Positions 1 to 9,965 of a stretch of 57,050 nucleotides of DNA are shown here, in pieces (the stretch's first letter is position 1; every line of letters begins with the position of its first letter). The DNA is taken from the NCBI GenBank assembly GCA_963990035.1, contig CAXDMJ010000005.1, positions 1 to 57,050 on the forward strand. Direction: 5' to 3'. The notes below the pieces were generated by a model. That model ran no database searches, was not told the DNA's origin, and saw nothing but the letters and a program-made list of their open reading frames with translations. Both the position numbers and the translations under genes were made by a program. This stretch comes from an uncultured Candidatus Poseidoniales archaeon. Its GTDB lineage: Archaea > Thermoplasmatota > Poseidoniia > Poseidoniales > Thalassarchaeaceae.

Positions 1-148
1 CACCAATTATTTGACCAATTGTACCGACTTCAGTATCACATTCTTGTTCAACTCTGTCATCTATATATCCAGTTACTGAAATTGAAATTAGAAATAATAT
101 AAAGCCTAATATTCCCAAAGCAAAAAAAATGATGCCACCCTTGTTCAT
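1..148 (-). CDS. Partial ORF running off the left edge; N-terminal hydrophobic signal or TM segment (MNKGGIIFFALGILGFILFLISISVTGYIDDRVEQEC...)
   Basis: Hand translation: ATG at 148 (minus), open to position 1, about 25-residue hydrophobic N-terminus; divergent from bcp. Not in the ORF track. Confidence 0.6.
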   Translation of the reverse strand, partial: MNKGGIIFFALGILGFILFLISISVTGYIDDRVEQECDTEVGTIGQIIG

Positions 149-223
149 ACATATAGCAAAGTATCTTTCCTATTGAATGCTCTTAGTACGAGCATTCATC
201 AGCCCCTCTCTCTTGCGATAAAC

Positions 224-709
224 ATGACCTTCGAAGCAATTTCATTAGAGGTAGGCCAAATGGCACCTGATTTTGAAGCGGAATTAACTAATGGTGATAT
301 GATAAAACTCTCAGAGGTTTTAAAATCTGGGGAAAATGTAGTACTTTATTTCTATCCTAAAGATAGTACTCCAGGCTGTACAGTCCAAGCTTGTGATTTC
401 AGAGATAACTTTTCAAGTCTTCAATCAGCAGGTTATAGAGTAATTGGAGTTTCCAAAGATTCTTCTAAATCTCATCAGAAATTTATAGATAAATATGAAC
501 TCCCTTTCGAACTAATTGTAGATCCTGATATTATTTTACATCAAAGTTATGGTGTATGGAGAGAAAAAATGAACTATGGTAAAACCTATCTTGGCGTATC
601 TCGTTCAACATTTGTTATTGGAACCGATGGTAAATTAATTTCTGTTGGATATAATGTTAGAGCTAGTGGACATGTTGATAGATTAGTTCGAGAATTAGGT
701 ATTGAGTGA
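224..709 (+). CDS. bcp: Peroxiredoxin, Bcp/PrxQ family
   Basis: LYFYPKDSTPGCTVQACDFRD (PxxxTxxC with resolving Cys), GVWREKMNYGK, RSTFVI. Likely start ATG 224 rather than TTG 173. Confidence 0.93.
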   Translation: MTFEAISLEVGQMAPDFEAELTNGDMIKLSEVLKSGENVVLYFYPKDSTPGCTVQACDFRDNFSSLQSAGYRVIGVSKDSSKSHQKFIDKYELPFELIVDPDIILHQSYGVWREKMNYGKTYLGVSRSTFVIGTDGKLISVGYNVRASGHVDRLVRELGIE

Positions 710-1566
710 TTAGAGTGGATGTATCCCAGAGAAGAGAAATAGTTTCTCGATTTCTTAGAAGATGTGTAACTTATGCTGATGCTTCCATTGATCGTAAAAA
801 ATCAAGAGGTGAAGACGAGCAAGATATATTGAATTGGGAAAATTATCGTCAATTCACATCTTTTTCAGCTTCCGAAGTAGAATCAGGTGAGCTTGATACC
901 TGGTTAGAAGATGGTGATTATGAATCGGAACCAATTAGCCATATCTCTTTAGATGGTGACAATTTAGTTTCTAAGTTGGAAGATTTATCTCATGATGAAA
1001 GAAGAAATTGGCTTTCATCTTTGATGATGCCTCGCCCTATCTCATTAGTTGGAACAGTAAGTTCTGATGGTGTGCAAAATTTAGCCCCAATGTCATCCAT
1101 TGGTGTAGTTTCAAATACGCCCCCATTAATCACAATTAGTCTTTCCAAAAGTAGAGATGGTAAAGAAAGAGATACTTTGGTTAATCTTCGTAATTCAGGT
1201 ATTGGTTCATCATGTATGGTATTCATACTTCCTGCTGATCTTGATTCTGCTAGAAATGTTCAACAAACCTCTGCAAAATTGCCAATAACTGAATCTGAAT
1301 GGGATTTAATTAGCGGTCAGGTGGAATCTGATGATGGTCTTTCTCTTCTTTCTTCGTCCATAGCTGCAATGCATTGTAAAATGGTAGAAATACACCCTCT
1401 TCCCGAAGGATCTTTAGCATCTTTAGTTGTACTTCGTGTCGAATCGATAATTACATCTAATGGAATTGATTCTTCTAATATCCCTCAGAAACTAATGCAG
1501 ATTGATTATAATAAATTAGGACCTAGTTCTAATAAAAATGACTGGGATTTTGAAGTATTTTATTGA
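706..1566 (+). CDS. Flavin reductase-like (FMN-binding split barrel) protein with a ~95 aa N-terminal extension
   Basis: PRPISLVGTVSSDGVQNLAPMS...PPLITISL...RDTLVNL is the DIM6/NTAB-type flavin reductase signature. Confidence 0.75.
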   Translation: MIRVDVSQRREIVSRFLRRCVTYADASIDRKKSRGEDEQDILNWENYRQFTSFSASEVESGELDTWLEDGDYESEPISHISLDGDNLVSKLEDLSHDERRNWLSSLMMPRPISLVGTVSSDGVQNLAPMSSIGVVSNTPPLITISLSKSRDGKERDTLVNLRNSGIGSSCMVFILPADLDSARNVQQTSAKLPITESEWDLISGQVESDDGLSLLSSSIAAMHCKMVEIHPLPEGSLASLVVLRVESIITSNGIDSSNIPQKLMQIDYNKLGPSSNKNDWDFEVFY

Positions 1567-2048
1567 GATTCAATTTGGCTAGATAATTGTTCTAAAACTT
1601 TCATCCCTAATCTATGACTTTTAGTATCTACTCTCATCCCTAATCCAGGCACCATCAATAATGAATCGCTTTCATTTAAAGAAAATACTGGTATTCCAAC
1701 TCTTTCACCTAATAGTTCCACTTTTCTTTTACAAACATCTTTTTGAGCCGGCATATGCGACAACGAGCTAATATCTACTAGTAACATATCTCCTCTTGCT
1801 AATTCATTTTCTATCCCATCTAATGATATTCTATGGTAATCATCTGGTTTCATATAAATTACATTTCTTTTAGCTAAAGGAGTCAGTCTCTCGGTTCTTT
1901 CTGACCACAAGGAATCTCCTAGATCGTGAAAATCAGCTCTTGAATTTGATCTCGGACCTGGGTTTGCTGAACCAAGATTTTTCTTGACAGTTCTCGAAAT
2001 TGTTTTATTTGGATCAGGTAAACCTAGAAGCTTGAATAGATTAACCAT
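1560..2048 (-). CDS. sepF: Cell division protein SepF (archaeal type)
   Basis: N-terminal amphipathic MVNLFKLLG; core ELARGDMLLVDISSL...LLMVPGLGMRVD fits the archaeal SepF pattern. Confidence 0.7.
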   Translation of the reverse strand: MVNLFKLLGLPDPNKTISRTVKKNLGSANPGPRSNSRADFHDLGDSLWSERTERLTPLAKRNVIYMKPDDYHRISLDGIENELARGDMLLVDISSLSHMPAQKDVCKRKVELLGERVGIPVFSLNESDSLLMVPGLGMRVDTKSHRLGMKVLEQLSSQIESQ

Positions 2049-2056
2049 ATCTTGTC

Positions 2057-5000
2057 CTATTCCTCTTCACCAATTAGTTCTTCTATCTCTGATACGCTCA
2101 TAACCTCATTTAGTGATATTGTTTTGTCACTCAAAAAAGTATTTTCATCTTCGAGTAACTTTATTTGTTCCTCGCTTGTTCTCGTGTCTTCCTCTTTGAA
2201 ATCCATTAGTAAATCATCATCATCATCATTATTTTTTATAACAATATTTTCTTTATCTTCTTTGATTCTTTTTTTACTAATTTTTTGTTTTTGTTTTTCC
2301 TCACTGAATGGGTCATAATCAGGGTCGTCAAATGCATCATCCATTGATACTTTTCTTCTCGTTTGAGAAATATCTACAATTACTTCTTTCTTCTTTAGCA
2401 ATAATGCCATTCCAACAAGTAAAATCGTAATTAATAGAATTATGACTATACCTATAGGGCTGAGAATAAATCCAGATAATGAAAAAGGTATTTCTTGTAC
2501 CTTTATTTTCATTGTCATTGAATCTGTTTTATCACCATCATCTACAGTTAATTGTATTACTTTATCACCTGCATCATCGTATTTCCAAGATACTGTTTGT
2601 CCAGTGATATCTCTATCATTATTTTTATTGCCATCACCATCGCTATCTCTTGAAACATCCATATCCCAATAATATTTCATATTCTGCATGTCAAAATCGG
2701 AGTCAGTAGTGCCATTACCTGTAAGAATAATTTCATCGCCTGCCATTGGTTGAGATTCACTAATTGATAAACCAACATTTGGTTTCATATTTCTAACATC
2801 AATAGGTATCTCTATAGAAGCAATTTCACCATCATTATCAGTCACATGGAATCTTATTCTATCAGGCGCGGTATTTGAATCAGGCCATGAGTGTACTAAT
2901 TGATAAGATGCTACATCACAATCGTCATTTATTGTCCCCATATTATCTGAATTTGTATATGGGTCAAGATCATAACATGGAATAAGGCTCTGCATATCAT
3001 ATAATGTATCATCAACTATAATCGTCAATTCTATATTGTCATCTTCTTCAACTGGTAGTGGTTGAGAAAATGGACGAATAGTTGGTGGGAGATTATTTAC
3101 TTTGAACGGAACAGTCATTAAATCAGTACTTTCATCATTATTGTCAAATACTTGATAAGTTGCTATATGTTGTCCTTCTATGTTGTATGTATATACTATT
3201 GAACTAACAAGTCCTTCTTGTATATTTTGAACGTCTGGTTCATCTTCAGCATCTGGTTTCCATACATGCTGTAATGTACTCATATCGTTTTCAGAATCTT
3301 GAGCCCAACCTCTAATTGTCAATTGGTCTCCTTCATTTACATCATAAAGCCCGAATGAATTAGGGATAATTCTATTTCCATCAAAAAGAACCTCCCATTC
3401 CGGATCATATGGAGCAATATTAGTTACATCTATTGTGTATAACTCAGTAATTTCTTCTCCATCGTCATCCATTGCATTAACTTCTATGGTATATGGCCCC
3501 TCTTCGGTTGGTGTTACAGTACATTTAACGCCTAAAACACCTTGTTCACAAGGTGCATTCCAGATGATATCAACTGGAGCATCTGGATTTTGAGTATCTA
3601 AGTCAATTCTCTCAGTAATTTCAAATGTTACTGGAGTGAGTACTGGGCTGAATTCAGATTCTACAGATACTGTTATTTCTGGTGCTCTATTCAGTATTGT
3701 AATGTCACGACTTACTGAATCATAATCACTCTCTCCATCAGTTATTACCATATTAACTGTGAATATTCCATCATCATCCCATGTATATTCAAAAATACAA
3801 TCACTTTCTTGAGATGTCACAATATTTCCTGCTAAACTTTGTACTGAAAAGGTACACTCGAAACCTCCTCCATCTGGATCATATGAGTTGAGTCCATTAA
3901 AAGATACTTCATTTAGAGTCAATGATTCATCATACATTGTCAATAAAGCAATTGGTAATGATCCGATGAAAAGATTAAATTCACCTGCATTATTTATCAA
4001 ATCACCATCTTCTAAATCAATATTAAATTGAATACTAATCATTCCAAATGGCTGATTCGAAGGGACAACCCAAGATACCTCGACTCTTGATTCTTCCAGA
4101 CTCGACAAGGATGGAATACTTGTTTCTGTAACTGTTCCATCTGGTTCAGTTATCTGTAGAATTGATGGTGGTGATTCTCTTAATCCTTTATTTATAACTG
4201 GAATACTGAATGTCATCATATCATTTCTTATTCCTGTAAATCCTATGTTGTCATCTAAGGTGACAGTTGTGTTTAATCTTGTTCTTTCTACTGAAACACC
4301 TTCTTGATTTGCATATAAATCAATTTCATAAACCTCTGGATCAATTGTTATTGTCGATACGCCAATTGTCTTTGAAGTATCAATCCAAGCCAGAATGCCG
4401 TGACTTCCTAAATCTTCACAATTATTACAGAGTCCTTCAGAATTTGAATTATCCGCAGAATCTCCAGTATTAAATATGACATGTGCACTTCCATTAGATG
4501 CCGTAGTTAAAGTTTCTATTTCTCCATTAATCTCATATCTAAACTCTAATTGCTGATTTCCAATAGCGTTTCCATTATTATTTGTCACATTAATCCAAGC
4601 AGAGGTATCAATATTAATCGGTGATAAAGGAAATTCTACATCGATATTAATTATTTTTAGCCTACTAGATGCTTGATAAGATGATAATGAATGAACTGCA
4701 GTGAATCCCAAGCTTTCAACAGTTTCCATCTTTATATCTCCTCTAATAGCTGGACAAAACCATTTGTATCCCGTGTCATCTCCATCTCCATTTGTACTAG
4801 ATATATTGTATGATACAGCACAGCCACTATAACCAACTCCCGAAAATCCTTGACTTACTACTTCAAAATTTGAATTACTTTGCGACACACTATTTTCAGG
4901 TATATCTACGTAATCACTTTGGCCATCAAAAGTAGTAGTTGTAGTATAATCTTGACCCCATACCTCACCTACCGAGAGTGGGAAGTCATAGCCTTCAAGA

Positions 5001-5551
5001 GGTGGTGAATATGCTTGGTTAACTTCTAGTGTACCAACTGAGACGTCTACACACCACCACAAGAAATCTCTACAAAAATTAATCACAATAGTTGCTTCTT
5101 GAGATACTGTTGCAAGATCTGATGAGCGTATTACTGTTACAGTCTGCATAGTTACTTCTAAGTCACCCGGTTGACCATCTAAATTGATATTATTTGCCTC
5201 ATAATATCCATCTGCCTCTAACTTGTAAACAAGAGATGTAGTATTATCTACATCTTCTAAATAAATATCTGTAACTGTACTTTCTAATGTACCAGTTAGT
5301 TCTTCTAAATCAGTATTAACTCCAGATGCGATAATGAAATCTACCATGTCAAGATATCCATTATAATTCCATCTATCATTTATTTGCCATGATGGAATAT
5401 CTATCAAATTCGCATTTCTCGATATTGAATTGAAATTTATTTGGCTTTCTTCAATTTCAACAGTATTGTTTTCAGGAGTATAAATCCCAGTAAATGTAGA
5501 AATTAATAATAAAAATGTCAGTAGATAAACTGTCTCAGTCCGAGAGCGCAT
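2057..5551 (-). CDS. Large cell-surface PKD/Ig-like repeat protein with signal peptide, C-terminal TM anchor and acidic cytoplasmic tail
   Basis: PKD-like motifs (FNGLNSYDPDG, YTWDDDGIFTVNMVITD, WKYDDAGDKVIQLTVDDG), DxDGDG Ca-binding-like motif, TM IGIVIILLITILLVGMALLL followed by KKK. Confidence 0.8.
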   Translation of the reverse strand: MRSRTETVYLLTFLLLISTFTGIYTPENNTVEIEESQINFNSISRNANLIDIPSWQINDRWNYNGYLDMVDFIIASGVNTDLEELTGTLESTVTDIYLEDVDNTTSLVYKLEADGYYEANNINLDGQPGDLEVTMQTVTVIRSSDLATVSQEATIVINFCRDFLWWCVDVSVGTLEVNQAYSPPLEGYDFPLSVGEVWGQDYTTTTTFDGQSDYVDIPENSVSQSNSNFEVVSQGFSGVGYSGCAVSYNISSTNGDGDDTGYKWFCPAIRGDIKMETVESLGFTAVHSLSSYQASSRLKIINIDVEFPLSPINIDTSAWINVTNNNGNAIGNQQLEFRYEINGEIETLTTASNGSAHVIFNTGDSADNSNSEGLCNNCEDLGSHGILAWIDTSKTIGVSTITIDPEVYEIDLYANQEGVSVERTRLNTTVTLDDNIGFTGIRNDMMTFSIPVINKGLRESPPSILQITEPDGTVTETSIPSLSSLEESRVEVSWVVPSNQPFGMISIQFNIDLEDGDLINNAGEFNLFIGSLPIALLTMYDESLTLNEVSFNGLNSYDPDGGGFECTFSVQSLAGNIVTSQESDCIFEYTWDDDGIFTVNMVITDGESDYDSVSRDITILNRAPEITVSVESEFSPVLTPVTFEITERIDLDTQNPDAPVDIIWNAPCEQGVLGVKCTVTPTEEGPYTIEVNAMDDDGEEITELYTIDVTNIAPYDPEWEVLFDGNRIIPNSFGLYDVNEGDQLTIRGWAQDSENDMSTLQHVWKPDAEDEPDVQNIQEGLVSSIVYTYNIEGQHIATYQVFDNNDESTDLMTVPFKVNNLPPTIRPFSQPLPVEEDDNIELTIIVDDTLYDMQSLIPCYDLDPYTNSDNMGTINDDCDVASYQLVHSWPDSNTAPDRIRFHVTDNDGEIASIEIPIDVRNMKPNVGLSISESQPMAGDEIILTGNGTTDSDFDMQNMKYYWDMDVSRDSDGDGNKNNDRDITGQTVSWKYDDAGDKVIQLTVDDGDKTDSMTMKIKVQEIPFSLSGFILSPIGIVIILLITILLVGMALLLKKKEVIVDISQTRRKVSMDDAFDDPDYDPFSEEKQKQKISKKRIKEDKENIVIKNNDDDDDLLMDFKEEDTRTSEEQIKLLEDENTFLSDKTISLNEVMSVSEIEELIGEEE

Positions 5552-5611
5552 AGCGCTCTCGCATGGTTACTTACACATCAATCTCGCGATTGGCAGTTCT
5601 CAAATGAAATT

Positions 5612-6328
5612 TCAAAGTAAATCTGCTAATTCATCTTGAATAAACTGAACAGCCTCAAGGATTTCATCCTTATGTCTTGCACCAGTTATAACCATTTTTC
5701 CACTACCGAAAATCAAGCATACAACTTTAGGATAGTCTAATCTATAGATAAGTCCAGGAAACTGCTCTGGTTCATATTCAACTTTGTCAAAAGGTAAGTG
5801 GAATGTTAGATTATTTAGATTTAACTTCCTAGGTAGAGCAGCTAATGGTTCACCTTCTCGTATCCCACGAATTCTCGAATCATTTTCTTCAACTTCCTCG
5901 TCTGTAGCTGCTCTTATAGCGCCGCCATCTAAATCAATAACGCGTGTATTATTATCATCCATTCTAGCAGTCCCATTATAATCTTCAGGATAGAACAGAG
6001 AATATGTAGCAACCATATTTTGAACTTCTATTTCTACATCTTTCAAATCCCAAGTCTCAATACCTGCATTTCGCAGATCAGCAGTCATTCTTTCAATACC
6101 TGTGTGGATATTTTGCTCATTCTTTCCACCTGTGCAAACCGCTCTTCCTGAACGGAACATTAGAATTGCAAGTTTTGGATCTACAACTCTATAAACAACT
6201 CCTGGGAACTGTTCAGGTTCATACTCACAATTCAATTGAATTGCGATATCCGGAAGATCTAGTTCTTCCGCGACTCGGGTTGATGCAACTACATTCACTA
6301 CAGTTAGGCGTTCTTCGTCACTAAGCAT
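5612..6328 (-). CDS. tbp: TATA-box binding protein with a 54-aa insertion in repeat 2
   Basis: Two repeats NVVAS...EYEPEQFPG..YR...F.SG..V.TG. Likely start MLSDEER at 6328 (ORF track start 6370). Confidence 0.96.
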   Translation of the reverse strand: MLSDEERLTVVNVVASTRVAEELDLPDIAIQLNCEYEPEQFPGVVYRVVDPKLAILMFRSGRAVCTGGKNEQNIHTGIERMTADLRNAGIETWDLKDVEIEVQNMVATYSLFYPEDYNGTARMDDNNTRVIDLDGGAIRAATDEEVEENDSRIRGIREGEPLAALPRKLNLNNLTFHLPFDKVEYEPEQFPGLIYRLDYPKVVCLIFGSGKMVITGARHKDEILEAVQFIQDELADLL

Positions 6329-6349
6329 ATCGCTCGCACTGACATTCCC

Positions 6350-6357
6350 TTTATAAA
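6350..6357 (-). promoter_or_regulatory. Putative TATA box of tbp (TTTATAAA)
   Basis: Canonical box 21 nt upstream of ATG 6328, consistent with a leaderless archaeal transcript. Confidence 0.55.
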
Positions 6358-6409
6358 GAATAGTTGTCATGAAATCGAAGGATTCAATAGTTTTAGTATG
6401 ATTATTCTC

Positions 6410-7408
6410 TCATTCTTTCTTTATTCGAGCACCCTTAGAGCCAAATTTCGAAATTAATGGTTTTCCTCCACAGAGTTCTATTTCTTGAGCAACTCTCTCA
6501 GGATTATCAGTCAATGCAACCATGCACCCGCCACCCCCAGCTCCAGTTAATTTTGAACCAAATGAATACTCTCTAGTTGCAAAAACCATATTATCCAGTG
6601 ACTTATTACTTACTCCAAGAATTTTTAATTTTTCATGACAACTATTCATTGCGATACCCACCGCTTCTAAATTCCCTAATTCTAATGCCGTTAAACCTGC
6701 TTTAGTAATATTTTCAATTGCTTGCATCTCATCATGAAGTTCAGGATTTTGTTTTAGTCTATCTGCAACTCCTGATACCATATCTCCAGTAGGCGCTGCT
6801 TCTCCTGTAAATCCAAGAACTAACCATGCATCATTAATATTTTTGTGTAAATCTACACTGTGAATTGACCAACTTCTTTCACCCTCTGGGGTTAATAATT
6901 TAGTGTTGAAAACATGCTTTAATGTTGGAATTTTTTCACCCGAAACTACAACACAACCTCCTAATGAACTAGTCGCTGAATCAGTTGGGCTGGCTCTTCC
7001 AGCCTGTGCACTTGCTTCCGCAGAGTGGCCAATTTTTGCTAATTTTATCAAATTAATGTCTTCTTCAGGTTTCGTTAAATTATGAAGAGCCGCTCCCATA
7101 GCATTCGAAAGTGCTGCGCTAGATCCAAGTCCTGCTGCTGAAAATAAATTTGATTGAATATTTATCTTAAGAGGAGGTCCATTATAATCAAAAATTTCAC
7201 TAATGATATGTTGGATATGAGGATTCTTTGATGCTTGATATTCCACAACTGTGTTAGTATAATGAGAATTCTTAATTTCCCATTGTTGTGAAAACTCAAG
7301 TTTAACTTCTACTCCTGCATCAATTGCTACTGCTACCGCAGGGTGTCCGTAGACTACTGCATGTTCTCCAAATAAGATACACTTGCCGGGGGCGAAGGCA
7401 GTTGACAT
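6410..7408 (-). CDS. mvk: Mevalonate kinase (GHMP family)
   Basis: APGKCILFGEHAVVYGHPA, GLGSSAA, SPTD, KLTGAGGGGC. Confidence 0.92.
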   Translation of the reverse strand: MSTAFAPGKCILFGEHAVVYGHPAVAVAIDAGVEVKLEFSQQWEIKNSHYTNTVVEYQASKNPHIQHIISEIFDYNGPPLKINIQSNLFSAAGLGSSAALSNAMGAALHNLTKPEEDINLIKLAKIGHSAEASAQAGRASPTDSATSSLGGCVVVSGEKIPTLKHVFNTKLLTPEGERSWSIHSVDLHKNINDAWLVLGFTGEAAPTGDMVSGVADRLKQNPELHDEMQAIENITKAGLTALELGNLEAVGIAMNSCHEKLKILGVSNKSLDNMVFATREYSFGSKLTGAGGGGCMVALTDNPERVAQEIELCGGKPLISKFGSKGARIKKE

Positions 7409-7528
7409 GACTACCGGTAAAGGGTCTAGGAAATTAGTATTGGGGATGTCATATCAATCGGTTAATTGAAAGTGGTGTTTCTCTTCCGAGGCATATTCAG
7501 GTATTGGTTAAGTCGGGAGTAATAGAAA

Positions 7529-9532
7529 ATGAAACACCCTTTAGAGATGCAATATGGACCTCTAGATGGATGGATAATTCTACTTATAATGGGTGGATTA
7601 TCCATCTCTTTCTTTTCTTATCAAGTGATTAAAGCCACGAGATTAGTAATGCTTGGTGCTCCTGATAACCGTTTTGATTCTTGGGGAATAAGAATTAAAG
7701 AAATGCTTGTAGGATGGTTGGGTCAGAAGAAAGTACTTCGAGATAAAATTGCTGGAACAATGCATGTACTCATGTTCTGGGGTTTTCTTATGCTCGGAAG
7801 CGATATGCTTGATCTTGTTAGTGCAAACTATTTTTCTGAGCATATACTACCTTCATTCCTTAATAATCCATGGAATGGTATTGTAGAATTGGGATATACT
7901 ACTGCTTTACTGGGTGCACTGGCTGCTTTAATTAGAAGAGTACTATTTACTCCAGAGAAACTTAAAGGTAAATCTCAGTTAGAAGGTAATTTTATCTTAG
8001 TATTGATTTTAACTATAACTTCTACTTCTTTTATCATAGAATCACCTGAAAACCCTGATAGCCTCTGGGAACCTTTTGGTTTCTGGGTTTCTGGTTTAGG
8101 TTTATCTGAGAACTTTATAGTAGCATCTTATTGGGCTCACATGGTTTCAATTTGTTGCTTCTTAATATTAATCCCATTATCTAAGCACATGCATCTCGTT
8201 ATGGCTATACCAAACGTATTCTTCCATGACACGCAGGCATCAGGTAAAATGCGACCATTAGCAATTGGCGATGATGGTAAAGCCGTACCTTTAGAAGATC
8301 TTGATATAGATTCTTTTGGAGTTAGTACTTTCGATCAATATACTTGGAGACAGATAATTGATGGTTGGTCATGCACATCTTGTGCACGATGTCAAGATGT
8401 CTGCCCTGCTTATGAGTCTGGTAAAGGGTTGAATCCTATGCAAGTAATACATGATGTACGAGATTATGCTAATGAATATGCCCCTATTCTCTTGAGAGGT
8501 GAAAATCCCGAAGAAACCATGCTAGCAAGAATAACTAGCGAAGCAGTTTGGGCGTGTACAACTTGTAATGCGTGTGTTGATATTTGTCCTCTATATATCG
8601 AGCATGTACCTAAACTAACTGAACTAAGAAGAAATGCTATGATGGAAACAATGGATTATCCTGAAGAATTAAATGTTGCAATGGGTAATCTAGAATCTGC
8701 ATCTAATCCTTATGGCTTTGGCCCGCATGAAAGAGCAGATTGGGCGTCAGATTTAGATGTGAAAGTAGGTGAACCTGCTGAATATATTTACTTTGTAGGT
8801 TGTGCGGCTAGTTTCGATGAAAGAAATCAAAAGGTTGCTCGTGCAACTATATCTTTAATGAAAGAAGCCGGATTGGATGTTGGGATTCTTGGAATGCAAG
8901 AAGGATGTTCTGGTGACCCTGCGAGACGTGCTGGTAACGAATATTTATTCCAAATGTTAGCTGAGACTAATATTACAACATTTCAAGAACTAGGTGTCAA
9001 AAGAATTGTAGCTTCTTGTCCTCACTGCTTCCATACATTAGGTAAGGAATATGCGGATTATGGTGCTGATGAACTAGAGGTATTCCATCATACTGAGATA
9101 ATGGCAAAATTACAAGAAGAAGGTAAACTTCCTGCATTTGATAAAGATGGAACAAGTATCACTTATCATGACCCTTGCTATCTTGGACGTATAGGTGATG
9201 TAATCGATGAGCCAAGATCAGTACTTGGTGGAATTGATGTTGAAGTTGAAAGACATGGTAAAGATTCTTTCTGCTGTGGCGCAGGTGGTGCTCAAATGTG
9301 GATGGAAGAAGATTCTGATAAGAGAGTGAATAAGATCCGTGCAGAAGAAATTGCAGCCACAGGCTGCGATACAGTTGCAATAGGTTGTCCATTTTGCTCT
9401 GTTATGGTAAAAGATGGTCTTGATTCAGTAGGTTCTGAAATGGATGTAAAAGATGTAGCGGAGTTACTTTGGGAGCAAATTGTTGCTCGAGACGAAGAAA
9501 TCCATGCTTCAGCAAATGTAACACCTGAGTAG
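7529..9532 (+). CDS. Membrane-bound Fe-S oxidoreductase, FadF/HdrD/GlpC-like (TM domain + 2x[4Fe-4S] + CCG domains)
   Basis: CTSCARCQDVCP and CTTCNACVDICP; SCPHC, HDPCYL, FCCGAGG, GCPFC; N-terminal TM helices with His pairs. Confidence 0.88.
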   Translation: MKHPLEMQYGPLDGWIILLIMGGLSISFFSYQVIKATRLVMLGAPDNRFDSWGIRIKEMLVGWLGQKKVLRDKIAGTMHVLMFWGFLMLGSDMLDLVSANYFSEHILPSFLNNPWNGIVELGYTTALLGALAALIRRVLFTPEKLKGKSQLEGNFILVLILTITSTSFIIESPENPDSLWEPFGFWVSGLGLSENFIVASYWAHMVSICCFLILIPLSKHMHLVMAIPNVFFHDTQASGKMRPLAIGDDGKAVPLEDLDIDSFGVSTFDQYTWRQIIDGWSCTSCARCQDVCPAYESGKGLNPMQVIHDVRDYANEYAPILLRGENPEETMLARITSEAVWACTTCNACVDICPLYIEHVPKLTELRRNAMMETMDYPEELNVAMGNLESASNPYGFGPHERADWASDLDVKVGEPAEYIYFVGCAASFDERNQKVARATISLMKEAGLDVGILGMQEGCSGDPARRAGNEYLFQMLAETNITTFQELGVKRIVASCPHCFHTLGKEYADYGADELEVFHHTEIMAKLQEEGKLPAFDKDGTSITYHDPCYLGRIGDVIDEPRSVLGGIDVEVERHGKDSFCCGAGGAQMWMEEDSDKRVNKIRAEEIAATGCDTVAIGCPFCSVMVKDGLDSVGSEMDVKDVAELLWEQIVARDEEIHASANVTPE

Positions 9533-9569
9533 TCAGTATTATCTTAAACTCAATCTCTTTCGCGAGGTT

Positions 9570-9965
9570 ATGAGTGATGATTTCAAATTTCTAGGCCAAT
9601 CAATACCAAACTTTGCAATTATTTGCGGTGGTATCCTTATCTTATGGGGAATTGCCTCTTATGCAATAAGCGATACTGGTAGTATAACTGCATTAATTCC
9701 TTCATTTTTTGGAACTCCTCTATTGGTACTTGGATTTATTTCAATAAAAAATCAAGAAAATAAGCATCATTATATGCATGCATGCATGGTATTTGCTCTG
9801 ATATCAGTTTTAGGAGGTCTTAGGATTTTCTCTCTAGATGATGCTAGTAATTTGACTTTAGCATCCCATGTTATCTTAATTATAATTGGTGCAGTATTTA
9901 TGGTTGGAGGAATTCTTTCATTCAGGCACGCACGAAAATTACGTGAACTACTCGGTAGTGAATGA
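9570..9965 (+). CDS. Small 4-TM membrane protein (TMEM14-like)
   Basis: Four hydrophobic segments; GSITALIPSFFG and HYMH motifs. Confidence 0.55.
   Translation: MSDDFKFLGQSIPNFAIICGGILILWGIASYAISDTGSITALIPSFFGTPLLVLGFISIKNQENKHHYMHACMVFALISVLGGLRIFSLDDASNLTLASHVILIIIGAVFMVGGILSFRHARKLRELLGSE

Noticed and set aside
5834-5995. TBP insertion as an intein or intron
   Set aside because: No Cys/Ser N-terminus or His-Asn C-terminus, too short, in frame, and no bulge-helix-bulge evident.
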